Position numbers and translations under genes: made by a program. This document shows positions 1 to 8,328 of a stretch of DNA of 64,000 nt, piece by piece (positions within the stretch are counted from its first letter, which is position 1; the number at the start of each line of letters is the position of its first letter). This DNA comes from an uncultured Chloroflexia bacterium. Lineage in GTDB: Bacteria; Chloroflexota; Limnocylindria; Limnocylindrales; CSP1-4. Below the pieces are notes generated by a model that saw nothing but the letters and a program-made list of their open reading frames with translations, was not told the DNA's origin and searched no databases. The stretch lies in assembly GCA_963748625.1 (NCBI GenBank), contig CAVVJT010000004.1, positions 736,001-800,000 on the forward strand, in the 5' to 3' direction.

Positions 1-2
1 GG

Positions 3-545
3 AAGACCTTCCCGGACTGGGCGCTCTGCGGGGCCGACGGCCGTGAGCCGCGATCCCTGCGGTCGCTGAACCTGCGCGCTGAGGACCTGGAGCGCCACAA
101 CGACGAGTTGCAGGCCACCTACCGCGAGATCGAGGCCAGCGAGACCCGCTGGGCCGGCGAGCAGCTCGAGGACGCCGAGGTGGTCATCGTGGCCTACGGC
201 ACCGCGGCCCGCGTGGCCCGGACCGCCGTGGAGCGGGCTCGGGCCGTGGGTCTCCGGGCCGGGCTGTTCCGGCCGATCACGTTGTGGCCCTTCCCGGCGC
301 AGGCCCTGTGCGAGGCCGCCGCGGGCGCACGCGGTGTGCTGGCGGTCGAGATGTCGGCGGGCCAGATGGTCGAGGACGTGCGGCTCGCGCTCGACGGCGC
401 CGTGCCGGTCTTCTTCCACGGCCGCACGGGCGGCATGGTGCCCACCCCGGACGATGTCGTGGCGGCCGCCCGGCGTGCCTGGGCGCGCACGGGGACGCCA
501 CCCCACGGCGCGGACCTCGGGCAGGTCGGGGAGGTTGAGCGATGA
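3..545 (+). CDS. 2-oxoacid:ferredoxin oxidoreductase alpha subunit (VOR/KOR-type), 5'-truncated by window edge
   Basis: Frame is open from base 3 (KTFPDWALCG...). C-terminal transketolase-like motifs VAYGTAAR, RPITLWPFP, EMSAGQM, GRTGG. ATGA overlap with the beta subunit. Confidence 0.9.
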   Translation, partial: KTFPDWALCGADGREPRSLRSLNLRAEDLERHNDELQATYREIEASETRWAGEQLEDAEVVIVAYGTAARVARTAVERARAVGLRAGLFRPITLWPFPAQALCEAAAGARGVLAVEMSAGQMVEDVRLALDGAVPVFFHGRTGGMVPTPDDVVAAARRAWARTGTPPHGADLGQVGEVER

Positions 546-1366
546 CCGCGCCAGTCGCCAGCGAGACCGAGGGCCGCACGATCTACCGGCGGCCGTCGCT
601 GCTGTCCAACCCCACCACCTACTGCCCCGGCTGCGGCCATGGCATCGTCCACAGGTTGATCGCGGAGGTGCTCGAGGAGCTCGGCCTCGGCGGCCGGACG
701 ATCCTCGTCGGCTCGGTCGGCTGCTCCGTCTTCGCCTATGACTTCCTCCGGCTCGACGCCGTCGAATCCCCGCACGGGCGGGCCGCTGCGGTTGCAACGG
801 GCGTGAAACGCGTCCAGCCCGACAAGATCGTGTTCACCTACCAGGGTGACGGCGACCTCGCCGCCATCGGCACCGCGGAGATCGTCCATGCGGCGGCCCG
901 CGGCGAGCGGATCACCGTCATCTTCGTGAACAACGGCATCTACGGCATGACCGGCGGCCAGATGGCCCCCACCACCCTGCCGGGCCAGAAGACCACGTCG
1001 AGCCCCAAAGGCCGCGATGTCACAACGGCGGGCTATCCGCTGCCGGTGACCGAGATGCTTTCGCTGCTCATGGGCGTCCAGTACGCCGCACGCACCTCGG
1101 TCTCGGATCCGGTGCACGTCGGGAAGACCAAGGCCGCGATCAAGCGCGCCTTCGAGGTGCAGCAGGAAGGCACCGGGTTCGCGATCGTGGAGGTGCTCTC
1201 CACCTGCCCGGTCGGCTGGGGCATGACCCCGACCGAGGCGATGCACCGCCTCGCGAGCGATGTCATGACGGCCTATGCGACCGGAACGTTCGTGGACCGG
1301 GCCAGGCGCATCGCGCCCGACCTGCCCAAGCCGGGCTCCCCCCGGTCGATCACGGAGGGCTTCTAG
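542..1366 (+). CDS. 2-oxoacid:ferredoxin oxidoreductase beta subunit (TPP-binding)
   Basis: YCPGCGH, GCS, HGRA, TPP motif GDGD...NNGIYGMTGGQ, C-terminal CP. Confidence 0.95.
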   Translation: MTAPVASETEGRTIYRRPSLLSNPTTYCPGCGHGIVHRLIAEVLEELGLGGRTILVGSVGCSVFAYDFLRLDAVESPHGRAAAVATGVKRVQPDKIVFTYQGDGDLAAIGTAEIVHAAARGERITVIFVNNGIYGMTGGQMAPTTLPGQKTTSSPKGRDVTTAGYPLPVTEMLSLLMGVQYAARTSVSDPVHVGKTKAAIKRAFEVQQEGTGFAIVEVLSTCPVGWGMTPTEAMHRLASDVMTAYATGTFVDRARRIAPDLPKPGSPRSITEGF

Positions 1367-1918
1367 ATGGAGTTCTCGACGATCATCGCCGGGTTCGGCG
1401 GCCAGGGGATCCTGTTCGCAGGCAAGGTCCTGGCGGAGGCCGCGCTCCTCGAAGGGCGGGAGGTCCTGTGGATCCCGTCCTACGGGCCTGAGATGCGAGG
1501 CGGGACCGCGTCCTGCACCGTGATCGTGGCCGACCGCCCGATCGGCTCACCGGTCGTGGATCGCGCCGACCATGCGGTGGTCCTCAACCCGCCGTCGATG
1601 GCGAAGTACACGTCGCTCGTCGCGAGAGACGGCTTGCTCGTCGTCAACACCACGCTGATCGAGGCGGAGGCCGGACGGGACGACATCGAGGTTCTCGAAG
1701 TCCCCTGCACGGCGCTTGCGAAGCAGGCCGGCGACGACAAGCTGGTGTCGGTCGTTGCGCTGGGGGCGATGCTCGGTCGACGCCGGTTCGTGGAGCCCGA
1801 GTCGGTCCATGCGGCGCTGGTGCGCCTGCTGGGCACCAAGCGGCCGGAGCTGATCGCCCTGGACGCGGCCGCGTTCGACGCGGGCTACGAGGCGGGGCTC
1901 GAGGTGGTCATCGCCTGA
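1367..1918 (+). CDS. 2-oxoacid:ferredoxin oxidoreductase gamma subunit
   Basis: IAGFGGQG and SYGPEMRGG motifs; abuts the beta-subunit stop. Confidence 0.95.
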   Translation: MEFSTIIAGFGGQGILFAGKVLAEAALLEGREVLWIPSYGPEMRGGTASCTVIVADRPIGSPVVDRADHAVVLNPPSMAKYTSLVARDGLLVVNTTLIEAEAGRDDIEVLEVPCTALAKQAGDDKLVSVVALGAMLGRRRFVEPESVHAALVRLLGTKRPELIALDAAAFDAGYEAGLEVVIA

Positions 1919-1977
1919 TCGCGGTCCCGGTGCGCAGCGCGACCGCGTGCTCGGGCCAGGCGGGTGCTGGGACGGTC

Positions 1978-2484
1978 TCAGTCGCCCTCGGCGACACCGT
2001 CAACCGGCGCCGGCACGGGTTCGGCTGCCACCGCAGGCCGCGCAACCGGTTCGTCATCGGGTTCGGCCGCGGCTGCCATCGCCCGGATCAGATCTGCGGC
2101 GGCCAGGATTCCGATCGGGCGGGCCGGGTCATCGTCGGCAACCACCACCAGGCGGCTCACGTGATGGCGCTCCATGCGCCGGGCCGCCTGCGTCAGTGGC
2201 TCGCCACGCGTGATCGTGAGGGCCGGACTCGTCATCAGGTTCCGGATGCGGAGGTGGTCGCGGTTCGCCCAGAGGCTCTCGGTCGCACGCGCCCGCAGCA
2301 GGTCGGACTCGCTGACCACCCCGACCAGCAGCCCGGCAGCGTCGACCACCGGCAGGCCCGAGATGTCATGGCGGTCCATCAGCGTCGCCGCGTCCGCGAG
2401 CCCGGCATCAGCGTGGACGACGATCGGCTGGCCAGCCATCAGGTCGCCCACCAGGCGCGGGACATTGAGCGGAACGACGTTCAC
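1978..2484 (-). CDS. CBS-domain pair protein
   Basis: Two CBS repeats (VGDLM...ISGLPVVD...GVVSESDL; LMTSP...RLVVV...GILAAADL). RBS GGAGG upstream of the GTG. Confidence 0.9.
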   Translation of the reverse strand: MNVVPLNVPRLVGDLMAGQPIVVHADAGLADAATLMDRHDISGLPVVDAAGLLVGVVSESDLLRARATESLWANRDHLRIRNLMTSPALTITRGEPLTQAARRMERHHVSRLVVVADDDPARPIGILAAADLIRAMAAAAEPDDEPVARPAVAAEPVPAPVDGVAEGD

Positions 2485-2566
2485 GCGAGAACCTCCGGGA
2501 CTGCTGCCCGCACAACGGGCGTGCGGTCACCGTGACCGCCACGCCGGTGCAGGGATCGTACGCGCC

Positions 2567-3085
2567 CTAGCCGGCAGCCGCAGGCCCGTGCGAGACGTGG
2601 GTCACGCGCTCCAGTTCGAGGGTGATGGCCTCCTGGAATGCGTGCATGTTGAGCCGGACCGATCGCGAGAGCGGGCGCCCGTACCCGAACCGGCGTCCGC
2701 CGATCCCCACGAAGGTGCCGTCGGGCAGGCCGCCCGCCCGGCGCGCCTTTGCATCCTCCAGGACGGCGTCGATGGGCAGCTCATGCGAAGAGCGTGGTGT
2801 CGGGGTGGTCGTATCGCCGGTCACGTCACACAGCTTCATGGTCACGACGTGTCCGGGAGCGATGCCCATGGCCGCGTCCACGAGGATGCAGATCTCGCCC
2901 GAGGGCACATCGAGGAGGTCCTCCGCCCGGAGGTGCCCGCACCGCCGGACCTCGAGCCGCTCCAGCATGGCCGCGGGCAGGGACGGCAGGAGCGTCGCCA
3001 CCGCGCTGAGCGCGGCGCCGTCATCACCCCTGTCCGCGTTGCCACAGACCAGGAGTCGCACCGAGGGCGGTGCCAGCTGGTTCAT
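2567..3085 (-). CDS. Hydrogenase maturation protease (HycI/HybD family)
   Basis: GNADRGDDG, VDAA and SSHEL motifs. Start set at ATG 3085, which has GGAG upstream. Confidence 0.85.
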   Translation of the reverse strand: MNQLAPPSVRLLVCGNADRGDDGAALSAVATLLPSLPAAMLERLEVRRCGHLRAEDLLDVPSGEICILVDAAMGIAPGHVVTMKLCDVTGDTTTPTPRSSHELPIDAVLEDAKARRAGGLPDGTFVGIGGRRFGYGRPLSRSVRLNMHAFQEAITLELERVTHVSHGPAAAG

Positions 3086-3510
3086 ACGTTCGCCTCCACA
3101 ACGGATGTCGGGACGCACGACACCAGCGGATCCCCCGAGGGGGGCTGCATACCCATGCTCGCCCGTGGCCGACGGGCCAGCGAGTGCCGTCCGTCGCCGG
3201 GGCGGCGTGCCGGTCGGCCGGGGGTGCCTGCCGGTCGGCCCGCGTGGCAGGGGCCGGCAGCCCCTCAGCGTGAGCCCAACAGTCCGTCAACGGGGTCCCG
3301 GAGTGCCGCAGCGGGGCCGGGCAGCATCTCAACGGGGGCCAGGAAGCCCCCGCCGATGACCAGGGCCCTGCCGGAGGCGCTCGAGGCGCGCGCGGAGGTC
3401 CGCCTCGCCAACCGGTCCCTCGGGACGCTCCGCACGGATGACGCCTGGTCGCTGGCCGATCGTCCGAAAGGGGTGGGCGATACGCCCGCCCATGGACGCC
3501 GGGACCGACA

Positions 3511-3924
3511 TCACGGTCCGCAGGGCTCGCCTCCGGCCGGGTTCGGGGCGGGGAACGACGGTGCCTGGTCCGATGCCCAGATCGCGAGGCGGCCACAGAC
3601 CATGTCGACCAGGCCGAGGGCGCCGGTGCACGAGGTCGCATCACCCTGGGTGGCGCAGGTCGGCGCAGCATCGAGCTGCATCGAGACGAGCACCCGGCCC
3701 GCCGGGGAGACCGCCTCCACCCGCCATGGGAACGCGACGCCACGCAGGGGGACCGCGCCGCTCTCTCCGGCTGGCGCCATGCCTGCGGGCGTGCCGTTCA
3801 CGCGGATGACCACGTCAAGTGTCGAGCCGTTCTCGTAGACGATGTCCGCGCCCTCCTGCACGCCGGGCAGGATCGTGCAGGCAGCCACGAGGGCCGCCGC
3901 GACGACCAGCGCCAGGACACGCAT
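3511..3924 (-). CDS. Hypothetical lipoprotein
   Basis: Signal peptide with lipobox VAAC. RBS GGAGGT precedes ATG 3924. Confidence 0.7.
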   Translation of the reverse strand: MRVLALVVAAALVAACTILPGVQEGADIVYENGSTLDVVIRVNGTPAGMAPAGESGAVPLRGVAFPWRVEAVSPAGRVLVSMQLDAAPTCATQGDATSCTGALGLVDMVCGRLAIWASDQAPSFPAPNPAGGEPCGP

Positions 3925-4013
3925 CGCCCGACCTCCACCCCAAGTCGAACCCGGGAATCCGAGGACCGGCCGCAGCATGCGCCGGGCCGGCCCTCGACAG
4001 CAAGCGGTGAAGG

Positions 4014-5351
4014 TCAGTGAGGGCCGGCCTTCGCCTCCTGCGCGCGCTTGATGATCGGGGCGAGCGCCTCCGCCAGGTTGCCCGAGACCGGATCGAGCTC
4101 GTACCGGACGCGCACGATCGGCTTCGACACCTTGAGCACGCGCGTCAGGTCGATGGGCGTGGCAGCCAGGATCACATCGGCCGGGACGGCGTCGAGAGCC
4201 GCTTCCAGCTCGTGGACCTGCTTCTCGCCATAGCCCATGGCCGGAAGCAGGGCTTGGAGCTTCGGGTACTTCGCCAGCGTCGCCGCGAGCTCGCCCGATG
4301 CATAGGTCCGCGGATCCACGACCTCGGCGCCGAAGCGCTGCGCGGCCACGATGCCCGCCCCGTACGTCATGCCCCCATGGGTGAGCGTCGGGCCGTCCTC
4401 CACCACGACGACGCGCTTGCCGGCGATATCGCCGCCCTCGAGCACCAGGGACGAGCGGGCCTCGACGATCATGGCGCCCGGGTTGACCTCGGCGATGGAT
4501 GCGCGGACCTCGGCCAGCGCCTCCGCCGTGGCCGAGTCCACCTTGTTGATGCAGACGACGTCCGCCGAGCGCAGGTTCGCCTCACCCGGGTGATACCGGA
4601 GCTCGTGGCCGGGCCGCAACGGATCGACCACCACGATGGCAAGGTCGGGCGTGTAGAACGGCAGGTCGTTGTTGCCGCCGTCCCAGATCACCACGTCGGC
4701 CTCGGCCTCGGCGGCGCGCAGGATGTCCTCGTAGTCAACGCCCGCGAAGACCAGGCGGCCCGCGTCGAGGTGCGGCTCGTACTCCTCGCGCTCCTCGATC
4801 GTGGTCTGGTGACGGTCCAGGTCGGCGTACGTCTCGTAACGCTGGCAGCGCTGCGCAACGAGATCGCCATACGGCATCGGGTGGCGGACGACCGCGACCG
4901 TCAGGCCCGCGGCCTCGAGGGCGGAGGCGACGTACCGGCTTGTCTGGCTCTTGCCGCAGCCGGTGCGCACGGCGCACACGGACACCACCGGGCGGGTGCT
5001 CGCGAGCATCGTGGCTGCCGGACCGAGGAGCTTGAAGTCAGCGCCTGCCGCCATGGCGCGGCTGGCTGCGTGCATGACCTGCTCGTGGCTCACGTCGCTG
5101 TACGCGAAGACGACGGTGTCCACGGCCAGGTCGCGGACCAGCTGCTCCAGCTCCGACTCCGGCCGGATGGGGATCCCCTCGGGGTAGCGCTCGCCCGCGA
5201 GCTCGGGCGGATAGCGCCGGTCGGCGATGCCGGGGATCTGCGTCGCCGTGAAGGCGACGACCTCGACGGTGGGGTCCGCGCGATACACCACGTTGAAGTC
5301 GTGGAAATCGCGGCCGGCGGCACCCATGATCAGCACGCGTTCGGTGCCCAT
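4014..5351 (-). CDS. COG2403 P-loop protein (cyclic 2,3-diphosphoglycerate synthetase-like / arginine synthetase ArcE-like)
   Basis: MGAAGRDFHDFN N-terminus, RTGCGKS P-loop, RHPMPYG, TIEEREEYE, WDGGNND, EDGPTLTHGGM. Confidence 0.85.
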   Translation of the reverse strand: MGTERVLIMGAAGRDFHDFNVVYRADPTVEVVAFTATQIPGIADRRYPPELAGERYPEGIPIRPESELEQLVRDLAVDTVVFAYSDVSHEQVMHAASRAMAAGADFKLLGPAATMLASTRPVVSVCAVRTGCGKSQTSRYVASALEAAGLTVAVVRHPMPYGDLVAQRCQRYETYADLDRHQTTIEEREEYEPHLDAGRLVFAGVDYEDILRAAEAEADVVIWDGGNNDLPFYTPDLAIVVVDPLRPGHELRYHPGEANLRSADVVCINKVDSATAEALAEVRASIAEVNPGAMIVEARSSLVLEGGDIAGKRVVVVEDGPTLTHGGMTYGAGIVAAQRFGAEVVDPRTYASGELAATLAKYPKLQALLPAMGYGEKQVHELEAALDAVPADVILAATPIDLTRVLKVSKPIVRVRYELDPVSGNLAEALAPIIKRAQEAKAGPH

Positions 5352-5612
5352 GATCTGCCTTTCCGGAGGCGCAGCACGTCACCCGCGCCGGTCCGCTAGG
5401 GACCAGCAGGCGGGCGCGGCAGGGACAGCCTCCGCATCGTGAGGAGCATGTCGGATGGCCTCCGGCCCGGTCGTCGGCCGGGATGCCCCAGCCATGGTGC
5501 CGCTGGTCCCATGAACCCGGTCCGATCGGCACTCACCGCTGGGACATCGCGTCGGTGACGATTCACGGTGAGGTGGGTGCCGGAGGGGACGCCCGGCATC
5601 CACCCGAACCTT

Positions 5613-5634
5613 CGCCCTCGCTTCGGCGGGGGCG
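5613..5634. terminator. Hairpin downstream of the CoA-transferase gene
   Basis: CGCCCTCGC-TTCG-GCGGGGGCG stem-loop about 15 nt beyond the stop at 5649. No clear U-tract. Confidence 0.4.
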
Positions 5635-5648
5635 TTCGTGTGTCCGGG

Positions 5649-6935
5649 CTACAGCTCGTGATGCTGGCGCGCCTGTTCCGTGAGCCAGTCACGATGGTTC
5701 GGGTGGGCGACCGCGATGAGCGCCTTCGCGCGCTCCCGCAGGCTCTTGCCCCAGAGCTCCGCGACGCCGTACTCCGTCACCACCGTGCGGACGTGGGCGC
5801 GGGTGGTCACGACCCCCGCCCCCTCCCTGGGCGCCGGGGTGATGCGCGAGATCTCATCGTCCCTTCCGGCGGCTGACGGCAGGGCGATGATGGCGCGGCC
5901 TTCGGGCGCCAGGGCCGCCCCGCGGATGAAGTCCATCTGGCCGCCCACGCCGGAGTACATCCGGTAGCCGATCGAGTCCGCCACGACCTGGCCCGTGAGA
6001 TCTACCTCGATCGCGGAGTTGATGGCCGTCATGGCGCGGAATGATCGGATGACGTGGGTGTCATTGGTGAAGTCGACGGCTCGCATCTCGACCATCGGGT
6101 TGTCGTCCACGAAGTCGTACAGGCGCCGGGTGCCCATCATGAAGGCGGCCACGAGCTTGCCCCGGTTGCGCGCCTTGGCCATGCCCGTGATGACGCCGGA
6201 CTCGACCAGGTCCACCACGGCGTCGGTGAACATCTCCGTGTGCACGCCCAGGTCCTTCTTGCCACCGAGGAACTCGGCTGTGGCGGCCGGGATCGCCCCG
6301 ATCCCCAGCTGGAGCGTGGCGCCATCGGGGACGAGGTCCGCGATGAACGACCCGATCTGGCGCTCGATCGGCCCGATCTCCGGACGCGCGTGCTCGAAGA
6401 TCGGCTGGTCCACCTCGCAGGCGAGGTCGATCTCGTCAACATGGATGAAGGACTCGCCGAGCGTCCGCGGCATCTGCGGGTTGAACTGGACGATCACGGT
6501 CTTCGCCGCCGTGATCGCGGCCCGCATCGCCTCCACTGACACGCCAAGCGAGCAGTAGCCGTGGGCGTCGGGCGGGGTGGCATGCGCAAACACCGCGTCG
6601 AGCGGCAGGGCGCCCTGCAGGAACAACTCCGGTACGTCGGAGAGGAAGACGGGCACGAAGTCGGCGCGGCCCTCGTTGACGGCCTTGCGCGCGTTGGGGC
6701 CGATGAACAGCGCCCGGTGGCGGAAGTGGCCAGCCATCTCCGGGGCGAGGTGCGGGCCGGGACCCTCGGTGTGGAGGTGGATGACGCCGACGTCGGTCAA
6801 CTCCGACGCCCGGGCGACGAGCGCCTCGAGCAGGACCTCGGGGACGCCCGACGCGCACTGGACGTAGACCTGGTCCCGGGACTTGATCCCCGCGACCGCT
6901 TCTTCCGGGCTCACGATACGCATGGGACGATTCAC
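5649..6935 (-). CDS. Acetyl-CoA hydrolase/transferase family (4-hydroxybutyrate CoA-transferase-like)
   Basis: LQLGIGAIP, HTEM (catalytic Glu), INSAIEVDLTGQ, SGVGGQMDF, VTEYG. Confidence 0.93.
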   Translation of the reverse strand: MNRPMRIVSPEEAVAGIKSRDQVYVQCASGVPEVLLEALVARASELTDVGVIHLHTEGPGPHLAPEMAGHFRHRALFIGPNARKAVNEGRADFVPVFLSDVPELFLQGALPLDAVFAHATPPDAHGYCSLGVSVEAMRAAITAAKTVIVQFNPQMPRTLGESFIHVDEIDLACEVDQPIFEHARPEIGPIERQIGSFIADLVPDGATLQLGIGAIPAATAEFLGGKKDLGVHTEMFTDAVVDLVESGVITGMAKARNRGKLVAAFMMGTRRLYDFVDDNPMVEMRAVDFTNDTHVIRSFRAMTAINSAIEVDLTGQVVADSIGYRMYSGVGGQMDFIRGAALAPEGRAIIALPSAAGRDDEISRITPAPREGAGVVTTRAHVRTVVTEYGVAELWGKSLRERAKALIAVAHPNHRDWLTEQARQHHEL

Positions 6936-7197
6936 GCATGCGTCAACGCCGAATGGGGGCGCCGGATGGCATGCGCGGCGGGACCGGTGCGCCCGTAGGT
7001 TTCGGGACGGTTGCGGCCCGAGCGCTCAGTCCCCAGCCCTGTCCAACGCGAACGACGGGTCCGGTCCTGCATGTCGGCCCATGTGGGGGGCGAATTGGGA
7101 TGGCGCACGCACGCGCTGCGCGGCAAACCCCGACATTCGGACGCACACCCCGCACGGCAGGCGTCCAAACGGCTCCCACGTGGGGCGGGGTCAGAGA

Positions 7198-7274
7198 CGG
7201 CGCGTCGGGGGCCACGCGTTTGGGAACGAGCGGGCGGCGCGTCGGGGGCCACGCGTTTGGGGCCGAGCGGGCGG
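7198..7274. repeat. 37-bp direct repeat, 2 copies
   Basis: CGGCGCGTCGGGGGCCACGCGTTTGGG-NN-CGAGCGGG at 7198 and 7235. Confidence 0.85.
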
Positions 7275-7279
7275 GCCGG

Positions 7280-7618
7280 TCAGTCTGCGGCCCTGTCCAG
7301 GGCGAACGACGGGCCCGACCCGAGTCCCTCGGCAGGGGTCCCGTACTTGACGATCAGCTCCCGGACCGCCGCTGCGTGGTCTGGCCCGGAGACCGGCCGC
7401 GCCATGGCGGCGAACGAGAGGTCCGCGATCGTCACGCGGCAGGCCGGGTCGGCAAGGAGGTTGCGGGCCCAGTGGGCGGTTGACGATCCCGCTGAGATCA
7501 GCAGGGACCCGTCCGCGCGCTCGACGAACCCGACGCTCGCAACGGCAGGCTGACCCGTCACCCGGCCGCGGGTCTCCAGGCGCAGCACGCGACCGCGTGC
7601 GACAAGATCCTCCTCCAC
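7280..7618 (-). CDS. Deazaflavin (F420)-dependent nitroreductase / Ddn-like protein
   Basis: LETRGRVTG and HWARNLLADP motifs typical of split-barrel F420H2-dependent reductases. Confidence 0.8.
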   Translation of the reverse strand: MEEDLVARGRVLRLETRGRVTGQPAVASVGFVERADGSLLISAGSSTAHWARNLLADPACRVTIADLSFAAMARPVSGPDHAAAVRELIVKYGTPAEGLGSGPSFALDRAAD

Positions 7619-7654
7619 GTCGTCAGCGCCCGGAGCCGGTAGCGCGAGGGTGGC

Positions 7655-8326
7655 TTATCCGCCGCCGCGGTCAAGCCGGTGCTTGGCGACGAACGCTGCA
7701 GCCTGGGCGCGACGCTCGAGGTTCAGCTTGGAGAGGATGGAGCTGACGTAGTTCTTGACCGTCTTGTCGGAGAGGAAGACCTCCGACGCGATCTCCTTGT
7801 TCGTCTTGCCCTCGGCGACCAGCAGCAGGATGCGCTGCTCCTGTGCCGTGAGCTGCGCCATCTCGTCGGTGTAGGCACCGGTCGCGATGCGCCGGACGCG
7901 CTCCAGCACCTTCTCGGTGACCGCGGGATCGAGGAGGGACTCGCCGCGCCCGACGGACTCGAGCGCAGCCACGAGATCGCGCGCCCGGATCTGCTTGAGC
8001 AGGTAGCCTGAGGCCCCGGCCACGATGGCGGACAGCACCGCCTCCTCGTCCGGGTACGACGTGAGCATCACCACCCGCGTCGCCGGCAGCTCCGCGCGGA
8101 TCTCGCGGCACGCCTCGATCCCCGAGCCATCCGGCAGACGGACGTCCATGATGACGATGTCCGGCTGGAAGCGACGGGCCTGCTCGATGGACTCGGCCGC
8201 GGTCCCGGCCTCCGCGACGACCTGGAAGCCCTCGCGGCGATCGAGCAGGGCCACGAGTCCCTGCCGCACGACCTCATGGTCGTCGACCACGAGCAGCCGC
8301 AGCGGTCGCGAATTGGGATCAGTCAC
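7655..8326 (-). CDS. NarL/DevR-like response regulator
   Basis: Receiver domain (VVDDHEVVR, DVRLPDGSG) plus LuxR HTH (EKTVKNYV-like, TVKNYVSSILSKL). Confidence 0.95.
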   Translation of the reverse strand: MTDPNSRPLRLLVVDDHEVVRQGLVALLDRREGFQVVAEAGTAAESIEQARRFQPDIVIMDVRLPDGSGIEACREIRAELPATRVVMLTSYPDEEAVLSAIVAGASGYLLKQIRARDLVAALESVGRGESLLDPAVTEKVLERVRRIATGAYTDEMAQLTAQEQRILLLVAEGKTNKEIASEVFLSDKTVKNYVSSILSKLNLERRAQAAAFVAKHRLDRGGG

Positions 8327-8328
8327 GA

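Noticed and set aside
3130-3510. Small ORFs between the protease and lipoprotein genes (3329-3511 minus; 3356 onward plus)
   Set aside because: No recognisable motif, conflicting strands and interspersed short repeats. Neither can be supported.
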